NCBI GenBank assembly: GCA_963850305.1 | Contig: CAWKKR010000007.1 | Location: 1,024,001 to 1,088,000 of the forward strand | Source: an uncultured delta proteobacterium | GTDB lineage: Bacteria > Myxococcota_A > Polyangia > Polyangiales > Polyangiaceae | DNA length: 64,000 nucleotides | Reading direction: 5' to 3' | Shown here: positions 27,234-39,183 of the stretch, piece by piece | Layout of the letters: the number at the start of each line of letters is the position of its first letter | Numbering within the stretch: position 1 is the first letter of the stretch | Program-made: the position numbers and the translations under genes | The notes under the pieces: generated by a model | What the model was told of the DNA's origin: nothing | The model's input: only the letters and a program-made list of their open reading frames with translations | Databases searched by the model: none

Positions 27234-30200
27234 TCACCGCCTCCGCCGCCGTCGTTCGAGCACGGCTTCGGCGCTCGTCGGCCTGGACGGCGGTGGGGCG
27301 TCCGGGTCTCCGTGAGGCAACGATGGCGCCGGAGGCTCCCCGGTTCCCGGCCATCGTCGTGACGCGACCGACAGGAGCAGAGAAAAGGCACCTGCGACGA
27401 CGAGCCACGGCGTGAGAGGACGGGTCGCGTGGCCCGGCTCCGGACGATCGAGAAAGAGTCGACCCACATTCGACAGCGTCTTGCCGCCCGTCGTCCGCGC
27501 GATCCGCGAGAGCGTTCCGCGATCGGTTCCTCCGGAGAGTTCGTCACCGGCCGACAGGTAGGCGCCCGCTGTACCGACCACTGAATTGGTCATATCGTCG
27601 CGCACGACCGTGAGGTATGCGCCTGGATGTGGCAGACGCACCTTTGCGGAAAACGAACCGGGGCCGTCGGCTTGCATGGGCGCGCGACTCGAGAAGCCTT
27701 TCGGGCCGGCGACGAACGCAGTGAGGCCATGAAGGGCGTCGTCGTTTGCCGTCCTCGTCGTGTCCCGCAGGAAAAGCGAGCCCGATGACGCATCCGCTTC
27801 GAGTGCGATCCCCGAGTCGTCGGGGCGCCGGGCGAGGACGCGACCGAGTTCCCCAAAGAGTCGGGCTGCGTCGCGCCAGTTCACCCAGGACGCTCCCCAT
27901 TTTCCACCGTAGTCGCTGGTGAACGCGCTGACGCGTCCGAGACCGACGGACCACGTCGCGAGCAGGGGGTCGCCGTCTGCCGCGAGCAGCGGGACCGTGG
28001 CTCGGAGTTTCGGCATGGTCACGACGTAGCCGGAGAGCAAGGGTGCCAGGGAGAAGTCGATTCCCCGCGTGAACGGGCTCGGGGCGCCCGGCGCCGCCCG
28101 AAACGGCATCTCCCGGAGCGCGTCTCCGCGTGCGAGCGTCGTCTCTTCCGCGAAGACGGCCGGAAGCCGGCTGGCGTCTTCGATGAGGTAGAAGCGGCCT
28201 CGGCCTTCGCGCGAAAGGCGTTCGAGGGCGGCGAAATCCTTGCCTCGACCGAGAGCAACGACGCTCGTCGTGATGCCTCGGTCGACTGCCGCGCGGGTCA
28301 TTGCGTCAGCCCGCTCCCTGTTTTCGGCATCGTCGCCGTCGGCAAACAGGAGGAGGTGCTTCGTCTCTACGGGCTGCCCGTCGAGCGCAGCGTACGCGGC
28401 CATCAATGCCACGTCGATGAAAATGCCGCCCCCACCAGGCCCTGCTTGCCGGATGCGATGTTCGACGTCGGCGGCATCCGTCAGTTGCGCAAGCGGGACG
28501 GTCCACCTTGCGTCTGTATCGACGTGCTCGACGCCGATACGATCGATGGCTCCCAGCAGCGCCGCAGAGCGGGCAGCGGCTTCATTGGCCAGAGCGAGTT
28601 TCGTTTCACCCCCGGCAGACGCAGACATCGAACCCGAAGAGTCAATCGCGATGACTTCGGCCAGGCGTGCGCGCCGTTGCTCGTTCGGCACCTCGAAAGC
28701 GACCGGGCTCACCTCCTCGACGGGGGTCTTCGCGTAACCGCCGGGCCCCAGGCTTCGGTCTCCGCCGAACAACATGAGGCCGCCTCCGAGATCGCGGACG
28801 CCGGACCCCAGCGCAGCCATCTGAGATACCGAAAGATCTTCGGCCGGGACGTTGCCCAGGACGACGAGGTCGGGGGCACCGAACTCGTCGAGCCCTAAAG
28901 GGGCCTCGGTCGCGGATTTGACATCCACCTCGAACCCTGCCGCCAGAAGCGCTGCTCGGATGGGTGTCGCGCGCGCAAGGTTGCCCTCGAGTAGCAGCGC
29001 GCGCGCCCGATCTCCGACGCGAACGAAGACGGATGCGCCGTCGTCCTCGGGGACGGAGTCGGATGCCGGGTCCTTTGGCCTCAGGTTCACATCGTAGCGG
29101 TGCAACCCCCCTCCGTCCGCGCGTTCGCGGATCCAGAATACGTCGGCGCCCGCGTGCAGGACGCGGCGGCCCTGGCTTCGCGGCGTTCCGTCCCTGTCGA
29201 CGCGAATCTCCACCTCGGTGTCTCGCGTCGCCTCGGTTGTCACGCGTAGGTCGATCGATTCATTTTCCGCTGCGTGTCGAGGGGCCTTCAGTGACACGAG
29301 CCGAACGTTCGGCGCGGGACGTCGCTCCCGCGGAACCACGTCCACGGGGATCCCAGCGAGCGCCGCCGCGAGCGCCGCATCGTCGGTGTCGCCGCGCGTC
29401 GCATCGCCGTCGCTCACGAGAACGATGCGGGCGCCGTCGCCGCGCGGAACCGCTGCGAGTGCGCGGCGGATCCCTGCCGCGATGTCCGTTCCGTCTCGAT
29501 TCACGATGGCTCGCGCGGAGGCGCCGCCGCCTCCACGTGGGTGAAGAGGTTCCTCGAGCGCCGCATCCGAGCCGAACGCGACGACCCCGAGCTGGTCTCC
29601 GGGCTTCATGCGCTGCTCGGCCCGCTGGATCTCTCCGTCGATGGTCGGCCCCTGGACGAGATCCATGCTGCGACTCCGATCGACGGCGACGACGATCGAC
29701 AGGCGATCGAAGCCCACGACCAGCAGTGGTCCCGCCAAAGCGATCCCCAGAATCAGTGCCGCCAAAATGGATGCTGTGTCGACCATGGCGCGACGCACGA
29801 GGTGCGGCGCAGCGGGTGCCAGAAACGCCACCACGGCTGCGAAGGTTGCGCTCGCTACGGCGACGAGCGTCCACAGGGGACGCTCGAACGTCAACCAGTG
29901 AGCGTCGGGCGAGTCACGGGTGAGGACGGCGTAGGTCGCCACCGCGATGCCGATCATGACGAGGGTGGAGCCGACGGTGAGCGACGGCACCGACGTCACT
30001 CTCGGTCTGCGACGACGCATGAACCATAGCGACTCCGCCAGAATGCACGAGAGGGCCAGGACCAACAGAAATGGACTTGCGTCGGAGCCTTCGCGCGGTT
30101 CCGAAGGAAAGGTGGCATTCGTGAAAGCCGCGGAGGGGCTTGAAGTTGCGGGAACGTGGCGAAGGTCGCTTTCAACGCCGGGTTCCAAATTGACCGCCTT

Positions 30201-31878
30201 CGACGCGATGACGATTCCGTCGGGGCCCAGCGCTTCGTAGATGCCGGCCTTGGATACGGGCGGCTCGATTGCGACACCATCCACGGCTCGCGCCCGGACG
30301 TCGCCCGACGGGCCACGAATCGTGACCATCGACGTGCCTGACGCGACAGGGATGCGGAGAATGTCGTCCGTCCACGCGGGCGACCCCAGCGCCCGCTGGC
30401 GATCCGAGCGCGCGAGCTCGGCGATGTTCCGGACGAAGAGGACGAACGAAACTCGAAGCGGCCAATCACTTTCGGTCGGATCGAAGGAGACGAGCGTCCC
30501 CGTGCGGCCGGCTAATGACAGATCCGAGAATCAATGGGGTCTCGCCGGAGGTGAGGAGGGCCGCCATCCGCGGAGCGACGAGCGAACGCGCGAGGTGCAC
30601 GTGCAGGTCGGACAGAGCTAGAAATCGAAACCGTGGGTCCCGATCCGACCAGGTGGTAATTGGCGGGTCGCGCACCACGTCGCCCACGCCGACACCGAGG
30701 CAGTCTCCCGGCGGCGGGTCGATAACCAGGAGATCCGCGAGAGGCGGGGCTACGGGGCACACGCCGACACTCACGACCAGGGCACCTTCGGGTACGCGCG
30801 CCGAATCCAGTGCACCCGGCGGTGCCTCGAACAACTCGACGCCGGGATCCGCTGCGAGCGCGCGTCGCAGCCAGGGGCCGCGGCCGGGCGGGGTGATGAC
30901 GACCGGGAGCGTAGGGCCCGGCGGGAGCAGGGCGAACGCCCGATCGTCGACGGCGAGCGCATCGCTGGGCGTCACATCGACGAGGATTCCTTTGCCCGTG
31001 TCCTTCGGCTGGACGGTGAACGAGAGAGTCGCGTAGGCGCGCCCGCCCGGCTCGATGTCGAGTTCCCGTGAACCGAGGAGGTCGCCTCTGGCAGAGCGCA
31101 CCGACACGAGGCGTGTCGTGTGACGCGCGCCGAAGTTCCGTGCCGCAACGAAGACGCTCGCCTCGTCGTCATGCGAGCTCGGATCCGACGTTCGACGAAC
31201 CGTCACTCCGTCGATCCCGACGTTGTCGTCGAAATTGCCAACGCGGACGATTTGGGTCGGCGCGCGGTCGGTGAAGGGTACATCGCCGTTCACGTCGGTA
31301 ACCACGACGACGCGCCGCGAGCCTGCGCCCTTGCCGAGCCTGTCCAGCGCTAGCACGAGGGCACTCGGAAGGTCCGAATGTCCCTCGCGCACGCGAAGTC
31401 GATCCACCATTCGACCGAGCGTTCCCCGGTCACGCGTGAAGGCACCAAGAGGGGCGGGCTCCGCCGCTGCGTCGACGATCGCCGCCTCGGTGCGCGCGGG
31501 CAGGCGACCGAGGTAGTCGTGAATCCACGCGCGGGCGAGCTCGAAACGGATCGCGCCATTCGTGGTGGCCGCCATCGAGGCGCTGGTGTCGACGACGATG
31601 ACGACGCGATCGTCCACGGGCGACCCCCCACGACGCACGGGGCCCGACAGCGCGAGCGCCAAGAAGACCAAGGTGACGCCCTCGAAGAAAAACGTCACGT
31701 CCAGCAAGACCCGCCGCAGCGAGCTCGTCGCAGCCCTGTCGTCCACGGCCGCGCGAAACAAAACCAGGGACGAGACGACCCGGCGCGTGCGTCTCGAGCG
31801 AAGGAAATAGAGCGCCGCCAGGGGTCCGAGCAGCGCGAGGAGACAGAGCCCGCTAGGATTGCTCAGCGCGAACGGCAC
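27234..31878 (-). CDS. Large BatA/vWA + vWA-GATase-like-vWA membrane protein with one frameshift near 30530
   Basis: N-terminal BatA-like FALSNPSGLCLLALLGPLAALYFLR; three MIDAS-like motifs (DTSASM, DRSRSM, DSSGSM); GGGLMLFGGDRSLGPGGY and GLGRVSAFTSD. ORFs 30466-31953 and 27234-30329 join into ~1547 aa if one base at 30529/30530 is removed. Confidence 0.8.
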
Positions 31879-32530
31879 GGGTTCTTTGCCACGCCGCGTA
31901 CGACGCTGCTCGGTCCGCCCGGATCGAGGCGAGACGCCGGTCGATTTCGGCAACCCCCACCCGCTGGATCGTCTTCAGGTTCGTTCGCGCGATGCGTTCG
32001 CGCAACGAGAGCGTCTCCTCGCGCGTGAAATCGAACTGACCCATCTGGGAGGGGTCGACGAACGCCGTGCCGTCCTGGAAACCCTCCCGGACGCGGTCGA
32101 GCGCGCTAACGCGCACGAGTTGAATCGTCGGATCGGGGGTTCGCCGCAGAAACGGAACCAACCGCTCGGCGTGCACGAGGTCCGGAGTCGCCTCGGGGTG
32201 AAACGCCGCCATCGCGAAGGGTGCCATGCCCGTCTCGTAGCGCCCGGTGTCGAGTGTCACCAGGTTCGCCACGAAACGCTCGAACTCCGCTCTCGTCACT
32301 GTGACGTTCGGAAAGAGGATGAGAGCGATTTCGCAGCTCCGGTCCGTCGAAACCTCGGCGGCGAGTCGAAGCGGCTCTGCAGCATCGAGCTCGGACGTCA
32401 GAACGACGCGCTCCGTGACGTGACCATCCAGGCGCGCCCGTTCGGCCCAGGGGCAGAGCTTCAGGGCTTCGACGATCTCCACCTCGTACCGGCGGTAAAT
32501 CCGTATCGCTTCCCGGCTGAGAGGATCCAT
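31853..32530 (-). CDS. DUF1415-like protein
   Basis: VEALKLCPWA, MAAFHP, RRTPDPTIQLVR and ERIARTN resemble DUF1415 motifs. Confidence 0.65.
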   Translation of the reverse strand: MDPLSREAIRIYRRYEVEIVEALKLCPWAERARLDGHVTERVVLTSELDAAEPLRLAAEVSTDRSCEIALILFPNVTVTRAEFERFVANLVTLDTGRYETGMAPFAMAAFHPEATPDLVHAERLVPFLRRTPDPTIQLVRVSALDRVREGFQDGTAFVDPSQMGQFDFTREETLSLRERIARTNLKTIQRVGVAEIDRRLASIRADRAASYAAWQRTRAVRAEQS

Positions 32531-32607
32531 GAAGCCTCGAGTCTAGACCCGGCGTTCGGCTGGGTCGACCCGGGCGATCAACGGGTTGGCCCGGACCGGC
32601 TAGGGGC

Positions 32608-33483
32608 TCAATCGATGCCCCGGGCCACGAACCGGCGGAGGATACCGGCGAGCAACTCGTTCGACGCGGCGCGCACGTACACCGCGCCGCGTGAGCGCGA
32701 AAACCTCCGGAGCGCTTCAATCGAAGCCGAGAGACGCGCGCGGTACGCTTCGAGTGTCGATGCATCCGCGGTGACGGCGAGTGTCGCGCCCGTCTCGGCG
32801 TCCTCGAGCCACATGTCTCCTTCGAGCCGAGGGTCGAGTTCCTCCGCGGCCAGGATCTGTACGAGGGCGACGTCATGGCCGTTGAAGGCAGCGCGCTCGA
32901 GCTCCGTGAGGAATGGCCCGTCATCCAGAAAGTCGCTGATCACGACCAGCATCCCCGGTCGACCCGACGTGGCGACGGCGCGTCGGACCGACTCGCCGAG
33001 ATTGACTGCGCCGCGCGGCGAGAGCCCAGACAGATTCCGGAGCACGGCGCCGAGGGTCCCGCAACGGCCGTCGTCGGAAAAGGTCGAGCCGCAATGGCCT
33101 CCGAGGACCATGAGCTGTGCTCGCTCCGACGCGGCAAGCGCCAGGTACGCGGCGGAAGCGGCCACCCGAGTGGCCGTGTCGAGCTTCGATGGTTCCCCGA
33201 AGGCAAGAGATCTGGACGCATCCACGAGGATGCGTACGATCGCATCGTCGTCGGCGCGATGCCGTTTCATGAAGGGTTGGCCCGTTCGGGCAAATGCCGC
33301 CCAGTCCACCCGCCCCACGTCGTCGCCCGGGGCATACGGCCCATGCTCCTCGAATTCCGAGCCGCCGCCGCGACGACTCCCGGTGCGGCTTCCGGTGCCA
33401 CCGGACCGCGCTTTCGGGCGAAGCGAACGGGCGAGGGCCTCCAGCTCGCGAGCGAATGCGGGATCCAATAGTGCGGCCGTCAC
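32608..33483 (-). CDS. DUF58 family protein (MoxR-associated, vWA-like)
   Basis: GGGSEFEEHGPYAPGDDVGRVDWAAFAR, LVDASRSL, VVISDFLD. GTG start overlaps the upstream stop. Confidence 0.9.
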   Translation of the reverse strand: MTAALLDPAFARELEALARSLRPKARSGGTGSRTGSRRGGGSEFEEHGPYAPGDDVGRVDWAAFARTGQPFMKRHRADDDAIVRILVDASRSLAFGEPSKLDTATRVAASAAYLALAASERAQLMVLGGHCGSTFSDDGRCGTLGAVLRNLSGLSPRGAVNLGESVRRAVATSGRPGMLVVISDFLDDGPFLTELERAAFNGHDVALVQILAAEELDPRLEGDMWLEDAETGATLAVTADASTLEAYRARLSASIEALRRFSRSRGAVYVRAASNELLAGILRRFVARGID

Positions 33484-35084
33484 GACGCCTCGCGCCCCAG
33501 TCCCGCCGGCTGGTCTTCGCTCCGTATGCGGTCGTCGAGCGCCGCGTGGTCGCTGCGTTCCGCCGCGGAGAGGACTCCGAGACGTCGGGCGCCGAGGATA
33601 CCCAGGGCAAGCCCGACTACGCCCCACGTGACGACCGCCACCTCGCCAGCGCGGAGAGCCGTGTGGGCAGTCGAAGCGCCGTCGAGTTCGTTCAGGATGG
33701 CAAAGATGTAAAAGGGAGACGGCGCTGCCGTGACGAACGACGAGCTCGTCGTGGGCTCGGTCAGGCCGAGTATGGCCGTGACGAAGAGCGGTCCCGCCGC
33801 AGCAACGAAGACTGCCAGTGCCAGGACGGCGCGTGGCGACGAGAGCCTTGGGAAGGTTGCACGAGCGAACACGGCAGAGCCCGTCAGAAATCCGAAAAAG
33901 CCAACCCCGTAGGCCGCGAACATCGCGGTCCACGTTCGGTGCGCGGAGTCCCAACCAGCGAAGCCGCGGTCGCTCGAGATACTCGAGCCAGCGAGCGCGA
34001 CCTGTGCGATCGTATTCGTCGCGACGAGAGTGAACGCCGAGCGGGCCAGTCCGGGGCCAAAGAAGCGTCGCGCGGCCGAAGCGCGTTCGCGGGCCCACGT
34101 CGCGGCGACCCTTCGTGACGGCGCGCTCGGGTCCGCGGCGAGGAGAAAGAGCGTCAACAATGACAGCGCGCTCGATACTGCCAGAGCGGCGACGGTGAAC
34201 TCACAGCGCGAGGAGGGCTTTGCGATGGACGAGACGAAGAGCCCCATTCCGACGATGAGCGTCTGAGCCAGCAGGAACCACCGCTTCAACCCGCTCGAAC
34301 GGTCGTCGTTGGCGTCCGAGAGATTCGCGACCGTCACGGCGCGAAAGAGTCCGGCGAGAATGACGGTCACGCCCGCCGGGAGAAGCACGAGGTACCCCAG
34401 ATACTCGAGACCGACGTCGACACGCGCGTAGGCGGTGGGTAACCACACCGGTATGCCGTCTCCCAGATTCGGCCAGCGTTCGTGTGCGGCCACTGACAGG
34501 CCCACGCCGAGTCCCAGGTACGTGATCATGGAACCTACGACCGCCAGCGGCATCGTGACGAGAAGGGCGACCGTGGGAGTCTTTGCGGCGGAGCTCACGG
34601 CCAATCCGAAGCCGATCGCCAGCGTCGCGAAGACACCCAAAAGGAGAAACGCCGCGATCACCTCCATGGGCGTCACGCCGCCGAACAGGAAGGGGAGGAC
34701 GCCCACTGGTGCGAGGGCAACCAGATAGAGACCGATATAGGTCAGCGACGCGAGAAATTTCCCGAGCGCCACGTCGCGCGGCGCAATCCCCGTCATGACG
34801 ACGGCTTCCCAGGTGCGGCCCGCACGCTCGCTGGCAATGGTCAGCGCGGCAACGCCCGGCGCCATCAATGCGACGACCGCGAAGGCGAGCGAAAAGAACG
34901 TCTGGAACAGCACGCTGCCCACCTCTGCGGGCGGCGTCGTGACGCTCGCCATGCCCCCCACCGCGCAGACCATCAAGCCCAGAACGGCCGTGACGGCGGC
35001 AAGAATGACGGGTGTTCGAGTGAGACGCGCCGCCTGGCGCATCTCACGAGCCCAGACCGGATTCGGCGTGGAGGGACCGATCAT
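33480..35084 (-). CDS. ABC-2 type permease
   Basis: NPVWAREMR, TIASERAGRTWE and GKFLA; many transmembrane segments; adjacent to an ABC ATPase. Confidence 0.85.
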   Translation of the reverse strand: MIGPSTPNPVWAREMRQAARLTRTPVILAAVTAVLGLMVCAVGGMASVTTPPAEVGSVLFQTFFSLAFAVVALMAPGVAALTIASERAGRTWEAVVMTGIAPRDVALGKFLASLTYIGLYLVALAPVGVLPFLFGGVTPMEVIAAFLLLGVFATLAIGFGLAVSSAAKTPTVALLVTMPLAVVGSMITYLGLGVGLSVAAHERWPNLGDGIPVWLPTAYARVDVGLEYLGYLVLLPAGVTVILAGLFRAVTVANLSDANDDRSSGLKRWFLLAQTLIVGMGLFVSSIAKPSSRCEFTVAALAVSSALSLLTLFLLAADPSAPSRRVAATWARERASAARRFFGPGLARSAFTLVATNTIAQVALAGSSISSDRGFAGWDSAHRTWTAMFAAYGVGFFGFLTGSAVFARATFPRLSSPRAVLALAVFVAAAGPLFVTAILGLTEPTTSSSFVTAAPSPFYIFAILNELDGASTAHTALRAGEVAVVTWGVVGLALGILGARRLGVLSAAERSDHAALDDRIRSEDQPAGLGREAS

Positions 35085-36112
35085 TCGTCCCCGGCTTTCG
35101 TGACCTCGAGGAAGATGCGCTCGAGTTCGGCTCGTTCCGGTTCGACCGCGATGATCCCGGCGCCCGAGTCCACCAGTCTACGAACGACTTCGGCGACCAG
35201 ACGTTCGTCCCGGTCGTGGGTCACGGCGACCAGGCCGTCTGAGCTGGCGCTGGCCGAGACGACGCCCGCTATGTTCCGGACGAGGGGCAAGACGTCGGCG
35301 GCTTCGCCGAGAATCCGAATTCTGACGCGCGCGCACCGCGATGCCACCTCCGTGACGCGCGGTGCAGTTTCGTCAGCGGCCGGCCGGGACGTCTCGTCAG
35401 GCTTCTCTTCTCCCGGGCGAGTGCCGAGCCGTGCAGCAATGTCGCCGATGGGTCCCGCGACGAGCAGACGGCCTTTATCGATGATGCCGATGGAGGTGCA
35501 CACATCGTCGAGTTCCGCGAGAATGTGGCTCGATAACAGGATCGTCTTCCCCAGGTTTCGTAGCTCGAGGAGCAGGTCCCGCATGTCGATCCGCGCTCGC
35601 GGGTCGAGGTCGCTCGCCGGCTCGTCCAGGACGAGTACGCTCGGTTCGTGGAGGAGCACACGCGAGAGGCCGAGCCGCTGCCGCATGCCTTTGCTCAGCG
35701 TCGCGACGAGGCGCTCTTGCCAATCGCCGAGGCCTGTCAGCTCGATGGCTGCCTCGACCGGTCGCGGGCCGCGAACGCCGGCTGCGGCCGCGAAGAACTC
35801 CAGATATTCGCGCACCGTTATGCGTTCATAGACGCCTGCGTGATCGGGCATGTATCCGACGACCCGGCGGACCGAGGTGGGGTCCGCGATGGCGTCGATA
35901 CCCTCGATCTCTACCCTTCCCGACGTCGGTTCGAGCAGCGTCGACAGGATTCGAATGGTCGTCGTCTTGCCGGCGCCGTTCGGTCCGATGAAGCCGAATA
36001 TCTCGCCTCTGGGCACGTCGACGGAGAGGTCGTCGATCGCCACGGCGGGGCCGAAGCGATGCGTGACGTGACGCAAGCGGATCGCGGGGGCGTCCGTCGT
36101 CGAGATCGTCAT
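35081..36112 (-). CDS. ABC transporter ATP-binding protein (exporter type)
   Basis: GPNGAGKTT, LSKGMRQR, LDEPASDLD, SSHIL. Confidence 0.95.
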   Translation of the reverse strand: MTISTTDAPAIRLRHVTHRFGPAVAIDDLSVDVPRGEIFGFIGPNGAGKTTTIRILSTLLEPTSGRVEIEGIDAIADPTSVRRVVGYMPDHAGVYERITVREYLEFFAAAAGVRGPRPVEAAIELTGLGDWQERLVATLSKGMRQRLGLSRVLLHEPSVLVLDEPASDLDPRARIDMRDLLLELRNLGKTILLSSHILAELDDVCTSIGIIDKGRLLVAGPIGDIAARLGTRPGEEKPDETSRPAADETAPRVTEVASRCARVRIRILGEAADVLPLVRNIAGVVSASASSDGLVAVTHDRDERLVAEVVRRLVDSGAGIIAVEPERAELERIFLEVTKAGDE

Positions 36113-38118
36113 GGCACCTCTTGGTCGCCGACGACGCGAACGAGTTCACGATCGCGATCGATGACGAGCCCCGTGTCATCGGTCGCGCCGTCGCCGCCGT
36201 CGAGCGCGGCGATGAGGACGGTCGCGCCGGCTGGCCAGAAATCCGTCTCCTCGACGCCGGACTCCAGTGCGGACCACGCGTCCCCGAGGCCAATGCTCGT
36301 GGTGTTCATGATCGCCTCGAAGGGAGAGGTCTCGAGGCGGTGCCGGACGAATGGGGGAGGCATCCCTGGCGCGAGCGCTCCGACGGCTGCGGCAGGAGGC
36401 GCGCCCAGCGCCCGGCCCGCTGCGATCTCGACGGTGGCGCCCGGTTCGACTCGCGGGAAATAGCGGAGGTCGTCTCCTGGCGCGCGCACCACGACGCCGA
36501 CGAGCGCGCGAGAAAGGTGGTTTTCGATCCGATCGGCGTTCACGTCGATCACTCCGTCCAGATTCGTGAACGCGTCTTCGCGAACGACGAGCGTGGCCCA
36601 GGGAGTACCTCGGAGATCCACGAGCTTCGCGGGGCCGCGATCCAGGACCAAGGTGCGCTCGACGTTTGGCGCCGCAGCGACATCCAGCAAACCCGAACCA
36701 TCCGCCGCCGAGACCCGGAGCGAGGCGGCCGACGACGCGAACAGGCTTCGAAAACGGCTGATCGCGCAGCGGTTCGCGCCGCTGCCGCATTCGACGAAGG
36801 AAAGCCGCCGCGCCCGAGCGCGCCCGCCTTTTGCCACGGCGCCGATGAGCACGATGAGTGCCAGCGCGCCCGTCGACCAGAATGAGAGCTCGACGATCGC
36901 ACCGAGGGGCGTATTCCGCCTTGCGGCTCGCCGGAAGGTGAGGGGAAGAGCGACCAGCGAGTACGCGAGCAGGACGAGGGCGGCCAGCGTGATCGCCCAG
37001 CGATGGGTCTCGTTCGGGTCGAGCAAGCGCCGCACCGGGTCGATGTGTCCATAATCGTAGCCGAATTCATCCCCGAGAGCGACGCGGGTTCGCCGCTCCG
37101 TTGCTTGCCTGACGAGATCGACGATCGATCTTCGCACCCACGGGTCGTCCACGAATGCGGGCGACACCGGGTCGAACGCTAGGAGATGAACCTCACCCAA
37201 GCCGCGTGTGGCAGCGGCGCCGAAGCGGGTCGGATGCAATGTGGCTCCCGTGAACCCGACCAGGCGCGACGCCACGTCGGTGCCCGGAAGCACGTGAAGA
37301 GTGGAGAAGTAGGAGGGCGGGGGCACGTCGTTCGCCTTCGCGTCGGGCTGGTTCGCCACCAGGAAGTCGCCGAACGGCGCAGGGTCGAACCGGGTGACGA
37401 CCGCCGCCGCAGAACCAACGAGGTTCACGATCGCCGGGCTCGCGAGATCGGTGGGGCGCGACACGGCAATGGCGAGCGTGCCCCCTCCGAGTACCCAGTC
37501 GCCAAGAGCGTCGCGCGTCGTCGTCGTCATTCCGGCGAGTACCGCGCTGTCTGCGAGAACCACCGTTGCCGCTCCGTACCCCAGCGCGCGCGTTGGCAGC
37601 AGCAGCTCCCCCGACGCCGGCTCCGACGTTGCGTGCGTCACGGCCAGGTCCAGGCCTTCTGCGGGCTCCCATGAACCCACGTCGGCGAGAGCGGCGACGC
37701 GTTCGTCGCGAAGTGCGGTCCGGAGTCGCTCCGTCCGTCCGAGATCGAACAGGAGCGGGGCGGGGCTCGGAGGGCTCGGAATGGAGAACCGCGCCATTTC
37801 TACGCCGTCGTCGTTGCGCGCGACGGCTTCCAGACTCCCGCCCAGCACGCGATGCCACGAGAGCTCGAGAGCCACGCGCTCGCCGGGAGCCACGGCAAAT
37901 GTGCCCAGAGCGCGACCGCCGGAACTGTCGGTGAGCGCGACCGTGCCCTTTTCGGAGACGTCAGATGCTCCGCGCACCGTCACGGCGTACGATGACCAGC
38001 CGCGCGCCGCGGGAGCTTCGGCCCCGAGAATCGGGGTAACGGCTATCGCGACGGGGTTCGCGGATGCGACACTCCCCCACAACGCGATGGCAGCGACCCC
38101 GCGTCCGATGCGGCTCAC
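36109..38118 (-). CDS. Hypothetical membrane protein of the MoxR cluster
   Basis: Signal peptide, GATase-like ALGDWVLGGGTL and GLGEVHLLAFD, two TM helices; coupled to neighbours by 4-bp overlaps. Confidence 0.7.
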   Translation of the reverse strand: MSRIGRGVAAIALWGSVASANPVAIAVTPILGAEAPAARGWSSYAVTVRGASDVSEKGTVALTDSSGGRALGTFAVAPGERVALELSWHRVLGGSLEAVARNDDGVEMARFSIPSPPSPAPLLFDLGRTERLRTALRDERVAALADVGSWEPAEGLDLAVTHATSEPASGELLLPTRALGYGAATVVLADSAVLAGMTTTTRDALGDWVLGGGTLAIAVSRPTDLASPAIVNLVGSAAAVVTRFDPAPFGDFLVANQPDAKANDVPPPSYFSTLHVLPGTDVASRLVGFTGATLHPTRFGAAATRGLGEVHLLAFDPVSPAFVDDPWVRRSIVDLVRQATERRTRVALGDEFGYDYGHIDPVRRLLDPNETHRWAITLAALVLLAYSLVALPLTFRRAARRNTPLGAIVELSFWSTGALALIVLIGAVAKGGRARARRLSFVECGSGANRCAISRFRSLFASSAASLRVSAADGSGLLDVAAAPNVERTLVLDRGPAKLVDLRGTPWATLVVREDAFTNLDGVIDVNADRIENHLSRALVGVVVRAPGDDLRYFPRVEPGATVEIAAGRALGAPPAAAVGALAPGMPPPFVRHRLETSPFEAIMNTTSIGLGDAWSALESGVEETDFWPAGATVLIAALDGGDGATDDTGLVIDRDRELVRVVGDQEVP

Positions 38119-39164
38119 GAGCCGCCTCGGGCGACGCGTTCCACTGCGTCCGGACGAGCCTTCACGGCTTCGAGGACGGCGCGGACTATGGCGTCAGGGG
38201 TCACGCCGTCGGCATCCCCCTCGAAGCTGCGGATGAGCCGATGCCGGAGCGACGGCAAGGCGACCCGCGCGACATCCGCGAGCGAAGCCTGCGCGCGCCC
38301 ATCGAAGAGCGCAGCCGCCTTCGCCGCGAGAACGAGTGCCTGCGCTCCCCGGACGCTCGCTCCGTAACGGACCGCTCGCTTCACGATCTCCGGTGCCTCA
38401 GGGCGACGAGGATCCGTCGCTGCAACGAGGCGCGCTGCGTAGCGTAGGACCGGCTCGGAGACCGCGATCTCGCGGCATAGCTCGCGGAGGTCTAGCAAGT
38501 CGGCGCGCGTGAGGACGCGGCCCGGTCGATCCGCGGCCAGGGCAGTCGTTCGTCCGAGGATCCGAACGAGCTCGTCCTCCGATGGCGAATCGACGAGCAC
38601 CTTGAGCAAAAATCGATCGAGCTGCGCTTCGGGTAGCGGATAGGTCCCCTCCATCTCGATGGGATTTTCCGTTGCCAGGACCATGAACGGTTCTTCGAGC
38701 TCGTGACGCGTACCCGCGATCGTCACGGCGTGCTCCTGCATCGCCTCGAGCAAGGCGCTCTGCGTCTTCGGCGGCGCTCGATTGATCTCATCAGCGAGCA
38801 CGAGCTGACCGAACACCGGGCCCCGATGGAGCTCGAAGGCGCCGCTCGGGCGACCTCCGGCATCGAGGACCAGCACGTTCGTCCCGACGACGTCGCTCGG
38901 CATGAGATCCGGCGTGAACTGGATCCGGGAAAATCGAAGATCGAGGCAAGCCGCGAGCGTCCGAACGAGCAGCGTCTTGCCGAGGCCCGGCGCACCTTCC
39001 AGTAGCACGTGTCCCCCAGCAACGAGCGACCACAATACTTCTTCGACGACCGTCGCCTGGCCGACGATAACGCTCGCGATTGCCGCTCCCAGATCTGCGC
39101 CGGCGCGCCTTGCTCGCTCGACGCGATCGAGCCCGCCGGAAACGCCGAACATTTTTCGGATCAT
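38115..39164 (-). CDS. moxR: MoxR family AAA+ ATPase
   Basis: LLEGAPGLGKT, RIQFTPDLMPSD, DEINRAPPKTQSALLEAMQE, NPIEMEGTYPLPEAQLDRF. Confidence 0.96.
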   Translation of the reverse strand: MIRKMFGVSGGLDRVERARRAGADLGAAIASVIVGQATVVEEVLWSLVAGGHVLLEGAPGLGKTLLVRTLAACLDLRFSRIQFTPDLMPSDVVGTNVLVLDAGGRPSGAFELHRGPVFGQLVLADEINRAPPKTQSALLEAMQEHAVTIAGTRHELEEPFMVLATENPIEMEGTYPLPEAQLDRFLLKVLVDSPSEDELVRILGRTTALAADRPGRVLTRADLLDLRELCREIAVSEPVLRYAARLVAATDPRRPEAPEIVKRAVRYGASVRGAQALVLAAKAAALFDGRAQASLADVARVALPSLRHRLIRSFEGDADGVTPDAIVRAVLEAVKARPDAVERVARGGS

Positions 39165-39183
39165 AGTACGGCGTTGGCTGGGA

